Source: Candidatus Poribacteria bacterium (GTDB lineage: Bacteria; Poribacteria; WGA-4E; PCPOR2b). From it: a stretch of DNA of 64,000 nt. The notes under the pieces are model-generated. The model ran no database searches. It saw only the letters and a program-made list of their open reading frames with translations, and had not been told where the DNA came from. This document shows, piece by piece, positions 1-11,111 of this stretch. The translations under genes were made by a program, and so were the position numbers. How positions within the stretch are numbered: position 1 is the stretch's first letter; every line of letters starts with the position of its first letter. Where the stretch lies: contig OZ244587.1 in NCBI GenBank assembly GCA_965218095.1, positions 2,368,001 through 2,432,000 of the forward strand. The letters are read 5' to 3'.

Positions 1-41
1 ACGATATGACGCTGCATTGTAAATCCTTCCCTCTATTAACT

Positions 42-1150
42 GAGGGGTGTGCATAAATATAGTTGACATAATCAAGCCAAAAGGGTTTCCTATTGTTATC
101 ATAGCAAAAGGAGCCCCAATATGGTACAAAGACCAATGTTGGCTGATTATGTCACTCTTATTATGCAACTCTTTGAGCAGTTTATGCAACACCGTATTGA
201 CAAACCAGGTGTCACACACGCAAAACCATTGACATATTCAACCACCTCGTTTATCATTTTCTTCATGTTGATGCAGTTTCACGGCATCTATGGCTTCAAA
301 ACGCAATGGCGGTGGCTAATCAATCACCCAGAAGTGTTACAAATGCTGGGGTGGCAACAGCCCCCTCATCGAACCACGATTGCACGTCGCTATAAGGCAT
401 TATATGAAGTGATAGAGGCATTTGTATTGTTTATCGGTCAGTATGCCACTGACTTGTCCCAACAATTCAACTTGGCTCATCTGGTAGCCGACAAAAGTTT
501 ATTTAAGGCACGAGGACCCGTCTGGCATCAAACTGACCGCAAAGCAGGAAAAGCACCTAAACATCTACGCAACCTCGACACCGATGCCACGTGGAGCAAG
601 AGTGGTTATCATGGCTGGGTCTATGGCTACGGACTTCACATTATCTGCACACAAGGTGCGTTCCCAACACTGATAACTGTGCACCGTGCGTCGGTCTCCG
701 AAAGTTGGGCGATAGATGCTAAAGCGTCTGAGATTCTGACACAACTTTCACCGCAGACACTCACTGCCGATGATGCCTATACCCAAGCAGACCGTATCCG
801 TTGTTGGGCGAAGGCACAAGTCGCTTTGATTACCCCGGCACTTAGATGGACAAAGGGACGGTTTGCCAAGGCGTATCATCGATTTATCAACCAACCCAAG
901 CAGCGTCTCTGTTTAAGCAAACGTCGCAGTTCGGTTGAACCGTTGTTTGACTTGATTGCTAAAGTGATAGGCACCACTCCTCAACAGAAGCAGTTACCGG
1001 TCAAGGGGTTTTTCAATGTACGCTGTTGTTTAGCTATCGGGGTGTTATCAGTGCAAGTGGCTATGATTGCCAATGCCATATGGAAGTTACCTGCTCGCAA
1101 TATCTCTCATATGGCGGCTGTTTTCCAATGAACTACTATGCACACCCCTC
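42..1150 (+). mobile_element. Insertion sequence, copy 1 (1109 bp)
   Basis: 14-bp terminal IRs GAGGGGTGTGCATA (42-55) and TATGCACACCCCTC (1137-1150); 8-bp direct repeat TATTAACT at 34-41 and 1151-1158; near-identical copy at 39260-40368. Confidence 0.95.
121..1131 (+). CDS. DDE transposase (DDE_Tnp_1-like; IS982/IS5-like)
   Basis: 336 aa; VADKS, GWVYGYGLH, LTADDAY and RRSSVEPLF motifs; lies inside the IRs. Confidence 0.9.
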   Translation: MVQRPMLADYVTLIMQLFEQFMQHRIDKPGVTHAKPLTYSTTSFIIFFMLMQFHGIYGFKTQWRWLINHPEVLQMLGWQQPPHRTTIARRYKALYEVIEAFVLFIGQYATDLSQQFNLAHLVADKSLFKARGPVWHQTDRKAGKAPKHLRNLDTDATWSKSGYHGWVYGYGLHIICTQGAFPTLITVHRASVSESWAIDAKASEILTQLSPQTLTADDAYTQADRIRCWAKAQVALITPALRWTKGRFAKAYHRFINQPKQRLCLSKRRSSVEPLFDLIAKVIGTTPQQKQLPVKGFFNVRCCLAIGVLSVQVAMIANAIWKLPARNISHMAAVFQ

Positions 1151-1280
1151 TATTAACTAATGGTGCGAATTTGAAACCAAAGATCCAGTCATAGCAACGA
1201 TTTATTCTTTGTGAGGTCGAATATGTAAATTCTACACCCCTTGTGAAAACGATATCCTCACCAACTAGCACCAAAGGTTA

Positions 1281-2931
1281 TTATATCATATTAGAAAGTA
1301 GTTTCAGCTCAAACAGTGGTCCACGTCGCAAGATATTTGACAATCGTTTTGAGGTGTCGCCGATCTTTGCGTCAGCGGTAGTCCCTGTTTCTCTAAAAGC
1401 AATATATCCTTTCTGAAAATCTAAGGTCTTTATCCGCAACTTAAATCTCTCTGACGAAAACTGACTCAGATCGAGCATGTATACTTCATATCGGCGTCCT
1501 GCTTTCTGCATGTCAGACAGGCTTGCACGAACCAAATGAATAAGCCGCCCATCCATAAGCTCCCTGATTATGCTATATTCATCAGGATGGTTTTCTCTGT
1601 CGCGAAAGTCGATCCGAAAAAAGGTGCAATTTTTTTCATCACAAAATGCCCGAATCCGTCGGAGACCTTCAATTCTATTTGGCGTATCTTCAATCGAGGC
1701 GGCGCCCTCTTCCAATTCCGCGATTTTGATTTTTGCGGCATCGCTGGCAGCCTGGCCCACATCTTGAACGCCAACACGTCGGGCATTTTCTCTCGCTCGT
1801 GCGTGATTTATTGCGCTGGTGCTTAAAGTGAGATAGTCGCGTGGTACTGCTCCAGACGCGAGAACGAGCCGATCAAGTGCTGTGGGGGATAGGTGACAGA
1901 GATGAAATTCCAACATGTTTGGCGTAACTCAGGAAGGCTTGCTCAAGGAAGATCTTCGCTTGCGAAAGGGGCTCCAATGTTACATCCAAATCAATGTAAT
2001 TGGCGTCATGCCCGGTTTGTAGACCGAGGGGAGGCTTTGCTTGAAACCAGCGTGTGAGATGTCTAATTCCCGCAACTTTGAGCCACGCATCAGAATCACG
2101 CACCGCACCGTGGACTAAATCCAGGAGCTTGGGTTGTTCTGCACTTGGTAAATAGTGCAGGTCATCGAGGAAAATATAAAACTTGGTTGCGTTGGTGTCT
2201 ACGAAACGACGTATGACATTTTGCATGTGAGGCACTAGCCGGGTAATTTCATCGCCGGATACTTCCTTTTCAGCAATAAGTTGCTCGGCGTTATTTAGCA
2301 ACCTTACGGCAGATGCTAATATTTGCGGGGCTCTGTCTTTTTCTGCATAGAAAACTTGAATTTGTTGACACACACTCCGGCAAATCCACACAAATATTCT
2401 CTTAGCGGATTCTCTACTGTGTGTGTGAATGTTGATCCAAGAAGATAGGTAACCTTCACGCTCAACACGTTGTTTTGCTTCAACCATTAGAGCTGTTTTC
2501 CCTGTACCTCATCTACCAAAAATAAGATGATGCCGAGGTGTGATAGCCGTCAATATGTTCTGGGCTGTATCAGGAACATAAGCTAAGCTCGGTTGCGCTT
2601 CCGATGTTCGCGCTCGGGCAATTAGAAGGTTAGCCAGTTCTGTGGCTTTCGGATTCTGGACCCCATCCTTGAGAGGGGTTATCACGTCTTTTACTTCTCG
2701 TTCAGCCTTACGCACCACCACGAAACCATCGAATCCTTGTTCGGCAAGTTCGCGATCAATAGAATTACCAACTATCGCTGCCCTGTCGAAATCATCTTCG
2801 GTGGTGCATACAACAAAAATACTTTCCCCTGGATAGTCCCGCCTTTCGATTGACTGTATCTCAATTCCGACCTTAGAAAATCGGTTTTGAATAGAAGTTT
2901 CTGTATCTAGCGGGAATTGTAATTGTGTCAT
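1281..2931 (-). pseudogene. P-loop ATPase (AAA+/STAND-like), disrupted
   Basis: ORFs 2509-2931 and 1873-2487 are in one frame, separated by TGA (2509-2511) inside Walker A FGR*GTGKT; Walker B IFLDDLH; frameshift near 1890 joins the 1281-1916 frame (ALDRLVLASGAVPRDYL). Confidence 0.8.
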
Positions 2932-3452
2932 AGTATGCCCCCCTTGTTCTGTAGGTAAGTACGAGTTGTGGACAGGAATAAATCTGCGTCCTTCTTGAGA
3001 TCAAGAGCATCTTGCTTCCACGCTATGTTCGACTTTGGATATGGTTCATAGTCGGCACAATTTCTAAGCACACGAGCGTTTCTTAACATATTTTGCCAAT
3101 TCGACCCAGGAGGAAAATCGCCTGGTATGTGCAATGGGAGTTCCCTGTGCTCCTGATGATCATCGCCTTCATGAGATACAAAAACACACGCTCGCATTGC
3201 GTGATACATCGAGTAATAGTATCGACTTACAGCACTTCGATAGAGGGGAGGTTTAGATTTTAGCAACTTATTTGCGTTATGTCAATGTTCATACGCAAAG
3301 TGCCATCGATCAGCAGCAGCTCTGCTTATCAACTCAGGTATCGTTAGTCCAGAGTCATTCTGGAGAGATACCCCTTCTTTCCAGTCTTTAATCTGCTTAT
3401 TAGTAGCCGTAGCTAGACGATTCAGTCGATCATTGGGAAGAACTTGTGGCAT
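2928..3452 (-). pseudogene. HEPN-domain protein with internal stop
   Basis: ATG at 3452 (MPQVLPNDRL...), in-frame TGA at 3282-3284, then SAVSRYYYSMYHAMRA and RVLRNCADY (HEPN signatures); overlaps the ATPase start by 4 nt. Confidence 0.75.
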
Positions 3453-3590
3453 GGCTGCACTTAATCAGTTAAAGAACGACTTGTGCCAGTTGCGCCGGAT
3501 TTGTATGTTTAAGGCACTAGCACAAGCCGCTAGGTAAGCAAAATGGAGATCTATGTCTCGGCATCGTCGAAACGTCTTTCGTATCACATA

Positions 3591-4754
3591 TTACGCCGCA
3601 CGCTCCACAACCGCTCCCGTCATCTGCAGCCGACGCCCATAGAGCTCACAAGCGTTTTCAACGAAAACGCGCCGCTTGAGTCGGGGCGCGATTCCGGGCA
3701 ACACGGTCGTCGGGTTATCCCAATCCCAGTGCGGATAATCGCTTGCGTAAACGAGGATTTCGTCGGCGTGGAGCCATTCAAGAAATTTGTCTCGATCGGC
3801 GCGGGTTGGCGGCTGCTCCATCGGCTGGCAACCAAAACGAATGTGCTGGCGAATGTACTCGCTCGGCAGCCGCTTAACCCAGGGGGTGTAATCGCGCACC
3901 GATTTCCAATCGGCATCCATGTGCCACATCAACCCTGGCACCCAGAATGTATCGTGCTCAATAAAGAGGTATCTCAGTTTCGGAAACTTCTCAAAAACAC
4001 CTTCGCAGATCAAACTGACAGTGTGCGCCATCGCAATCTGCGGCCGCGCCATACGCATCTCAAGGTAATACGACGGGTATCCGGCAGCAGTGGGAGCATT
4101 GGCGACACCGGCGCCTTCCACACCAAAATGCACACACACCGGTAGGTAGTGTTCTTGCGCCGCTTCGTAGATCGGGTGATAGAACCGGTTGCCGAAGGGC
4201 ATCCGCGCGCCGGCAGGCATGATCACCTGAAAGACCGACGGATGTTCTCCAAGTCGATGAATTTCCGCCGCCGCCTGCTGTGGGTCTGTCGGCGCGATGG
4301 CGATTGATGCCCTGAAACGTGGATCCGCTTTAACCCAGGTTTCAAGCGTCCAGTCGTTGAAAGCCCGGCACATTGCCGCGGCGTAATCTGAATTGGGATG
4401 GACAGCAGCTCCGTAAACGGTAGCACCTGTCAGAACGGCGATGTCAATCTGATGGGCGTCAAGGTGCTTCTCTCGGGCGAGGTCAATGTTGCCACCTGGA
4501 TGCTCCTCCTGATCTTCCCACAATTCGGCACGAACTCCTCCTCGTGGCATGTTCGTGTATCCAACTCCTGGCATCATCGTCCCAAAGTCTTTGATGTGCT
4601 CCACATAATGCCGAGGCAGATAGGGGAACAGATCCTCCTGCTTCGACGTCGAATGATGCGTGTCGCAGTCAATGAGGTTGATAGTTTTTGTGTCGCTGGC
4701 GCGTTGTTTTTGTGGTGTTTCTCGCGTAGATTGATTGGTATCGAGTGTTTCCAT
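3591..4754 (-). CDS. Amidohydrolase_2 family metallohydrolase/decarboxylase
   Basis: IDCDTH, VCVH and YASDYPHWD motifs; AAGGAG RBS before ATG 4754. Confidence 0.85.
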   Translation of the reverse strand: METLDTNQSTRETPQKQRASDTKTINLIDCDTHHSTSKQEDLFPYLPRHYVEHIKDFGTMMPGVGYTNMPRGGVRAELWEDQEEHPGGNIDLAREKHLDAHQIDIAVLTGATVYGAAVHPNSDYAAAMCRAFNDWTLETWVKADPRFRASIAIAPTDPQQAAAEIHRLGEHPSVFQVIMPAGARMPFGNRFYHPIYEAAQEHYLPVCVHFGVEGAGVANAPTAAGYPSYYLEMRMARPQIAMAHTVSLICEGVFEKFPKLRYLFIEHDTFWVPGLMWHMDADWKSVRDYTPWVKRLPSEYIRQHIRFGCQPMEQPPTRADRDKFLEWLHADEILVYASDYPHWDWDNPTTVLPGIAPRLKRRVFVENACELYGRRLQMTGAVVERAA

Positions 4755-4865
4755 AGAAATCTCCTTGTGAGTCGAAAATTCGGTAATGATTTGATGTTTC
4801 CGCTCCCCTTTCATTCAAGATTGGATTGACGGGTACAGATGGTTGTAAAGGGATTGCCTCCTCCG

Positions 4866-5455
4866 CCAACAGTGAGCGTTCAAAGGCTGCAATTGCATCC
4901 TTGATATTGTTGATTTGGATACCATCAGGATACAGATCGCCAAAAGCCGAGACATAGTCATAGTCGGAGGATCTCTTGAGCTTGCTGATAACATCTTCCC
5001 AAGCAGAACCCATTTCGTCGGGCGCATTGAGGGGGCCGTCGATCTGATCTTCCAGTGTATCCGCGCGCCCCTCCCAAAATTGCTTAAAATTGAAACCGCT
5101 GTTAAAGACCGTCGGTGCATTGACAGAACCAACAGCACCGTTGATTCTGATTGAACGAACCAGGCGATCTACACCCCCTGTCTGCAAGTTATGGCAACTG
5201 GCACATGAGATGCTGTTGTCGCGTGACAGTTGGGGGTCATGAAAGAGTTTGTCACCAAGCTCAACCTTCTTTGGATTGAGTTGAATCTGAAGCGGAATCG
5301 GTCGAATCGGTTCTTCCAGCGCACTGACCGTTATCGGTTCATCCGGGACCGAATCGGATTTCTTTTGAATCTGAGAACGCTACCATAGCACAATCACCAG
5401 AAGGCAAGTCAGGGCAACGGCGATTAAAAGGTGAGGTTATATGAAACCGTTTCAT
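4866..5455 (-). pseudogene. Di-heme cytochrome c peroxidase (MauG/CCP) 5' remnant
   Basis: GDKLFHDPQLSRDNSISCASCH (CxxCH at 5191-5205), NAPTVFNSGFNFKQFWEGRA; N-terminus broken by a stop; second heme domain missing. Confidence 0.8.
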
Positions 5456-5551
5456 ATTGCCCCCTCCCCTCCCTATAACTTCCTGCTTCGGTTTCCACAT
5501 GCGTGGAATTTATCTTATCATACATTCGAGCAGATGTCTACAAAAATTCGG

Positions 5552-5579
5552 TTGACACGGCGAGTCAAAAGTGTATAAT
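5552..5579 (+). promoter_or_regulatory. Sigma70 promoter
   Basis: Perfect TTGACA-N16-TATAAT upstream of 5633. Confidence 0.7.
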
Positions 5580-5632
5580 GGAAAGGTGTGATACGAAGCT
5601 ATGTTGAAAACAGAAGCATCTAGGAGTCGTCC

Positions 5633-6460
5633 ATGGAAAAAGCTGCCCGGATAACAACTATGCTGAATCAACCGGTACAGCCGCTTGGCCTGGCTGGCAA
5701 TCCAAATATGGAGGAAGGTTGTGTCCCCGTAGCTTATGATGTCGGTGTCAATTATTTCTTTTTCTATAATCAATCGTATGCAGTGCTCATTGCCGAACTG
5801 AGACCTCTATTGAAAGCCAATCGGGAGAAAATCGTCGTGGCGACGGGGAGCGAATCCCGCGATCCCAAAGCAATGCGCGCCTATCTTGATCGGGTCCGTC
5901 GCCAATTAGATGTAGACGTAGTTGACGTCTTCTACGCGGAGTATGTCGCCCTTGGAGATGACACGGAGACGATGTTGGGGACAGGTGGCGTGTTTGACGA
6001 ACTCCACAAGTGGAAGGCACAAGGACTGATCCGCTATGTTGGCGCGACGACGCACAACCGACCGATGGCGGTAGAGCTGATCGAAAGCGGGCGTGTAGAG
6101 TTATTGATGCACCGCTACAACATGGCACATCGAAGGTCAGAGGAGCAGGTGCTACCTGTTGCGCTCAAGGCTCGGATTCCGGTGGTCGCGTTTACGTGCA
6201 CACGATGGGGTTCACTGTTGGCGGGCCATCGAGACTGGGAGGGACCGGTACCAAGCGCCGCGGATTGCTATCGTTATGTTCTGCACCACCCCGCTATCCA
6301 CCTCGCCTTGACCGCTCCAACGACGGTGACCCAACTGGAGGAGAACCTGATTGCCTTGAAGGGTGCCGAACAAGATTCCGTATGCTTCCCGCTTTGGGAA
6401 GCATACGGAAAACTGGTGTATGGAGACGGAACTGATGCCTTTGAAACTCAGTGGCCATAG
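5633..6460 (+). CDS. Aldo/keto reductase family oxidoreductase
   Basis: GLIRYVGATTH, LMHRYN, QLEENL motifs. Confidence 0.8.
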   Translation: MEKAARITTMLNQPVQPLGLAGNPNMEEGCVPVAYDVGVNYFFFYNQSYAVLIAELRPLLKANREKIVVATGSESRDPKAMRAYLDRVRRQLDVDVVDVFYAEYVALGDDTETMLGTGGVFDELHKWKAQGLIRYVGATTHNRPMAVELIESGRVELLMHRYNMAHRRSEEQVLPVALKARIPVVAFTCTRWGSLLAGHRDWEGPVPSAADCYRYVLHHPAIHLALTAPTTVTQLEENLIALKGAEQDSVCFPLWEAYGKLVYGDGTDAFETQWP

Positions 6461-6611
6461 AAATTTGCAATCAAGTCTCCCCGATTCCATCAGGATTCAA
6501 AGCAACCCCGATCTGTTGGGACAATCAAGCAAATGAGCAAATACCCGGATGTGAGCAAAGAAATTTGTACGACTTCTGGACAAAATAACCGGTAAATAAG
6601 GAGGATGAGCG

Positions 6612-7355
6612 TTGACAGACGAACAGAAATATCTATTTGACCTGCAAGGCTACATTGTCCTAGAGAATGTGGTACCCCAATCTGTGGTAGAGGCGTGTAA
6701 CAAGGCATTGGATCCCTTTGAAAACATCCCGCCAGAAGATTACCCACCGCCGCTTTGTCTAGGCACACCCAAGACAGAAAAGGAACTCTACATCTCCAAT
6801 GTCCTCGAAGCGGATGCGGTTTTTAGGCCGTTGATTGACATCCCTGAAGTGTTAGACGTGGTTGAAGGCGTCACCGGTGGGCCATATCGGCTCAACCACA
6901 CCTACACAATCTACCGGTGGGGCGGCGGCTATACGGGGCTACACATGCACGGCACCCCAATCATCCCCAAATGCCAATATCACTGCCGCAATGGGCAGAT
7001 GGTTTCAACATTGACCAAAGCGGTGTTCCCGATGCTGGATTGCGATGTCGAGGATGGCTGCTTCGCTGTGATTCCCGGCGCGCACAAAAGCAACTTTCTC
7101 AGACCGTGGGGCACCCACCCCCACGAAAATCCGGTCCTGACACCAATCCCTGCAAAGGCGGGTGACGCCATCATTTTCACCGAAGCCTTAACGCATGGTT
7201 CGATGGTGAACACGTCCGATCGTCCACGCCGGACGCTTTACTATTGCTACAGCATTGGTTACATGCCCGATTGGGGCGGCCAGGGACTGGTCTTTAGCGA
7301 CCGTGTTATGGATAATCTCAACGAAAGGCAGCGGGAGATCATTCGGCTGAAGTAG
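6612..7355 (+). CDS. Phytanoyl-CoA dioxygenase (PhyH) family Fe/2OG oxygenase
   Basis: YLFDLQGY, VIPGAHK, KAGDAIIFTEALTHGS, RRTL motifs. Confidence 0.85.
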   Translation: MTDEQKYLFDLQGYIVLENVVPQSVVEACNKALDPFENIPPEDYPPPLCLGTPKTEKELYISNVLEADAVFRPLIDIPEVLDVVEGVTGGPYRLNHTYTIYRWGGGYTGLHMHGTPIIPKCQYHCRNGQMVSTLTKAVFPMLDCDVEDGCFAVIPGAHKSNFLRPWGTHPHENPVLTPIPAKAGDAIIFTEALTHGSMVNTSDRPRRTLYYCYSIGYMPDWGGQGLVFSDRVMDNLNERQREIIRLK

Positions 7356-7591
7356 GGAATCGGTCAATCTACACAATACACATTATGTTTTGCGCATTAC
7401 ATTTTGTGTTTGAGATCGTGGTCAAAGTGCCGGAGATTTAACGGCCACCGTGGGAGAGTGAAGCTCTCCGTGCTCGTCCGATTGCTTTGAATTTTTGATG
7501 CTCCATCGGGATCCGATCGGACTACGCGAGAGTCCTAGCCCCGTGCTCGTCCAAGAATCGGACCGAACTCAGAGACAAGAAAGGACAGAAG

Positions 7592-7980
7592 ATGAAAAAC
7601 CCAATGCAGCCAATCGATCTGCGCGAGAGCGTGCAGCTTGGCATCGAGTACATCCGCAGCAGCGTGGACCGAGAGCGAGACTGCCATCCGTACTTCCGTT
7701 TCAACTTGGTTTCTCCTCCCATCTGGTCTCAGCACGAAGCCGCTGACACGCCTCACGGGGTACATTTTGCTTCGGCGAGCCCAACGGTTTTCATTCCTAT
7801 GATTCCGATCTGACCGGCGCAGCACTACAGGGCATCGCAGCCGCCTTGGCGACACATTATCACCAGCGAGGCAGATGGAAGCGTCCGCATCAATCTTCTG
7901 CTGTCCCGAGAACATGATGCTGTTCGATTTACGAACTTACTGCCGGAGGAGGGACGCGTAACGGTCGAATCCAAATGCCC
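7592..7980 (+). pseudogene. Internally deleted remnant of an unknown (possibly glycoside hydrolase-like) gene
   Basis: RBS + ATG and a protein-like 55-aa start, then frame breaks and disjoint coding-like fragments. Confidence 0.3.
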
Positions 7981-8209
7981 TATTTCTTTTTCATCGATTC
8001 AGTTGTGGGCATGGATAAAACGTCCATAAGATTCGCCTCCACTTCCAACGGCTATGTTTCTAAGGATTGATTGACATTGTATCATCGCATAGGCGGTTTG
8101 TCAATGATGACAACATGAAATCTAATTTTTGTATTGGTATAATTCTAACTAAGATGTATGGTGTTACGTGCAGGTCGGTATTCATTCCAATACAAAGAGG
8201 TAATCTTGC

Positions 8210-9775
8210 ATGAAAAAAATCCAACGCGCTTTAATCAGCGTTTACGACAAGACAGGCTTTGTAAATTTGGCAAAAACCTTAACTCAACAAGGCGTGGAAA
8301 TTCTTTCCACGGGCGGAACCGCGACGCAACTCCGTGAATCGGGGATTGAAATCCGTGAGGTCTCTGACTACACCGGTTTCCCGGAAATGCTTGATGGGCG
8401 GGTGAAAACCCTCCATCCGAAGATTCACGGCGGTTTGTTAGCGATTCGGGATCATCCTGAACATGTTGCCCAAACATCGGCGCATGGTATTGACTTTATC
8501 GATCTCGTCGTCTGCAACCTCTATCCGTTTGAAGCGACAATTGCGAAAGCAGGGGTTGCGCTCGCCGAGGTGATCGAGAACATCGACATCGGCGGGCCGA
8601 CGATGATTCGAGCGGCAGCGAAAAACTATCGTGATGTCGCTGTCTTCACCGATTCGCGACAGTATCCCGAAATCATCGCGGAGCTTGAAGCCAATGATGG
8701 CTGCCTTTCGGAGGAAACCCGGTTTCGATTGGCGAAAGTGGCGTTTGCACATACCGCCCACTACGACGCGGCAATTTCACGTTACCTCGCCAACCTGGAT
8801 GCTCCCGACACCGAATTCCCTGAGACGCTCGACCTTTGCTACGAAAGAGCCCAAGGACTCCGATACGGCGAGAATCCCCATCAACGCGCCGCTTTCTATC
8901 GTACCCACGGGTCGCCGGAGCCGTGTGCGGCGTGGGCGAATCAACTGAGCGGCCAATCGCTTTCGTTCAATAACATCCTTGATCTGGAAGCAGCAATTGA
9001 AATCGTCAAGGACTTCGCCGAGCCAGCCTGTGCAATTATCAAGCATAATAACCCGTGCGGTCTAGCGACTGCTGCGGATCTGGAGGCTGCGTTCAACGAC
9101 GCCCTCGATTGCGATCGCACTTCCGCCTTTGGCTCCGTCATCGGCTTGAACCGGCAAGTCACCTTGAAAGTTGCAAACACGATTCGTGAGGCGGCAAACG
9201 CAGGAATCAAAGTCGATGCAATCATTGCCCCAAGCTACACCCCGAAAGCGTTGCGGGCCCTCTCCCGCGTGAAGCGCCGACCGATTCTCGAAACGGATGA
9301 ACTTCGGCAGGATACTTCGATTAAGCAGATCCGGAATGTGATTGGCGGCATCCTCGTCCAGGACCGCGACCTCCATGAGATTACGCCTGATGACCTGAAG
9401 GTTGTCACGAAGCGTCAGCCGACAGCAGATGAGATCCAATCGCTGCTGTTTGCGTGGAAGGCGTGCAAGCACGTTAAATCGAACTGTATTCTGCTTGCCC
9501 AAGGTTCGAAAACTCTCGGAATCGGCGCAGGACAGATGAGCCGTGTCGATGCGTGCATCATTGCGGCTCGGAAGGCGGGTGACAGAGCGAAAGGGGCCGT
9601 GCTTGCGTCAGATGCCTATTTCCCGTTCCCGGATGGGGTCAAGATTGCTGGGAAGGCAGGCGTGCGGGCAATCATCCAACCCGGCGGCTCCGTGAACGAT
9701 CAACCGGTGATTGAGGCTGCCAATCAGTTTGGCATCGCGATGGTTTTCACCGGCGTTCGGCATTTTCGGCACTAA
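8210..9775 (+). CDS. purH: Bifunctional AICAR transformylase/IMP cyclohydrolase
   Basis: RALISVYDK, GRVKTLHP, IDIGGP, LRYGENPHQ, FTGVRHFRH. Confidence 0.98.
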   Translation: MKKIQRALISVYDKTGFVNLAKTLTQQGVEILSTGGTATQLRESGIEIREVSDYTGFPEMLDGRVKTLHPKIHGGLLAIRDHPEHVAQTSAHGIDFIDLVVCNLYPFEATIAKAGVALAEVIENIDIGGPTMIRAAAKNYRDVAVFTDSRQYPEIIAELEANDGCLSEETRFRLAKVAFAHTAHYDAAISRYLANLDAPDTEFPETLDLCYERAQGLRYGENPHQRAAFYRTHGSPEPCAAWANQLSGQSLSFNNILDLEAAIEIVKDFAEPACAIIKHNNPCGLATAADLEAAFNDALDCDRTSAFGSVIGLNRQVTLKVANTIREAANAGIKVDAIIAPSYTPKALRALSRVKRRPILETDELRQDTSIKQIRNVIGGILVQDRDLHEITPDDLKVVTKRQPTADEIQSLLFAWKACKHVKSNCILLAQGSKTLGIGAGQMSRVDACIIAARKAGDRAKGAVLASDAYFPFPDGVKIAGKAGVRAIIQPGGSVNDQPVIEAANQFGIAMVFTGVRHFRH

Positions 9776-9925
9776 TTGGTTCATGTCGTAAGTTCGTGCA
9801 GGGTCTTGGTCCTGGTAAATGCCCGAGTATTTATCTTCAAAGCGCTACCACGGATGCCGGAAGTGATATGACGGGCCAGAATCGCTGGTCGATGGCGGGT
9901 GAAACGCATGGTTACAGTAGAGCCC

Positions 9926-10459
9926 TTAGTAATTCTGATAACCAACCTCCGCCAACCGTCCTGCCTTCTGCGCTACGTCTTCACTGAGCCTGACTTTGTA
10001 GGCTTCCAACTTCGTGTTGAGTTCAGGGAACTTGAGCGCGAGGAATTGCACGGCGAAGATGCCTGCGTTGCGTGCTCCACTGGATCCGATCGCCATAGTT
10101 GCTACAGGGATGCCGGGCGGCATCTGTACTGTGGCGTAGAGCGCATCCACGCCGTTGAGGGCCCCCCCATCAATCGGGACACCGATCACGGGGAGTATCG
10201 TGTGTGCAGCAATGACGCCAGCGAGGTGCGCTGCCCGTCCTGCGCCAGCGATGATTACATGGATACCCCGATCTTGCGCACTTTGCGCATAACCCATCGT
10301 TCGTTCCGGCGATCTGTGTGCTGAGGCAATCGTAATTTCAAAAGGAATTGCAAACTCTTCCAGGATTTTGGCGGATTCGCTCATCTTTTCCAGATCTGAA
10401 TCACTTCCCATTACAATGCTGACTAAAGGTGTTTCTGGAGATAGGTCTTTAAGTATCAT
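9926..10459 (-). CDS. purE: N5-CAIR mutase
   Basis: VMGSDSD, SAHRSP, AGAGRAAHLAG, VQMPPGIPVAT. Confidence 0.97.
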   Translation of the reverse strand: MILKDLSPETPLVSIVMGSDSDLEKMSESAKILEEFAIPFEITIASAHRSPERTMGYAQSAQDRGIHVIIAGAGRAAHLAGVIAAHTILPVIGVPIDGGALNGVDALYATVQMPPGIPVATMAIGSSGARNAGIFAVQFLALKFPELNTKLEAYKVRLSEDVAQKAGRLAEVGYQNY

Positions 10460-10543
10460 TTGTTCCTAGTCCTTCATAAGAATTGCGATACGCATTCGTG
10501 AGACATAATGCGTAAAATGTAATGCGTAAGATTTGTTGATTTT

Positions 10544-11068
10544 TTACAGGCTATCAATCACGGCTTTCAGTTTTTGATAGATTTCTCCATCAAAGTCTGC
10601 TTTGATATGAAATGCGAGCTTTCCCTCAAGGTTAATCAGGTAGAGGTTTGGCTTCTCCTTCCGCGTGCGGTAAGCTTCATGGACCTTGCCTTTCCAATCG
10701 AGTAACAGCGTCACCGGCGGCTTGTTTTTCTTGAGTTGCTTTTTTATGAAACCCTTGGGTATGAATCCGGGAACACTTCGCATATCCGCAACGATGTACG
10801 CAATCACCCGATCGTTTTCCCGATAATCTTTCTGAAAAGCGTGCGCCCATTTATCATCTTCCTTCCGGATTTTCCGGTTCCCCATAATGAGAAAGACAAT
10901 CTTACCCCGTATTTCCTTCAGTGAGTGTTCCTGATCTTTGGCGTCTTGCAATGTAAAGTCGGGGGCATCTTCTCCAATCTGAAGTGGCCGGCTTGCCTTC
11001 TCCTGATTTGAAGCAATCGAAGTGCAAGCAAGTAGACCGATTATTACTGAGTACAAAATGTATCTCAT
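10544..11068 (-). CDS. Exported redoxin/thioredoxin-fold protein lacking the active-site Cys
   Basis: Signal peptide, IGEDAPDFTLQD motif, no CxxC at the expected position. Confidence 0.65.
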   Translation of the reverse strand: MRYILYSVIIGLLACTSIASNQEKASRPLQIGEDAPDFTLQDAKDQEHSLKEIRGKIVFLIMGNRKIRKEDDKWAHAFQKDYRENDRVIAYIVADMRSVPGFIPKGFIKKQLKKNKPPVTLLLDWKGKVHEAYRTRKEKPNLYLINLEGKLAFHIKADFDGEIYQKLKAVIDSL

Positions 11069-11111
11069 TGTGAAATCATCTTCCTTCCTATCTGTTATCG
11101 ATAAACCTTTA

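Noticed and set aside
8040-8209. ZMP/ZTP riboswitch upstream of purH
   Set aside because: The conserved pfl-motif sequences were not seen
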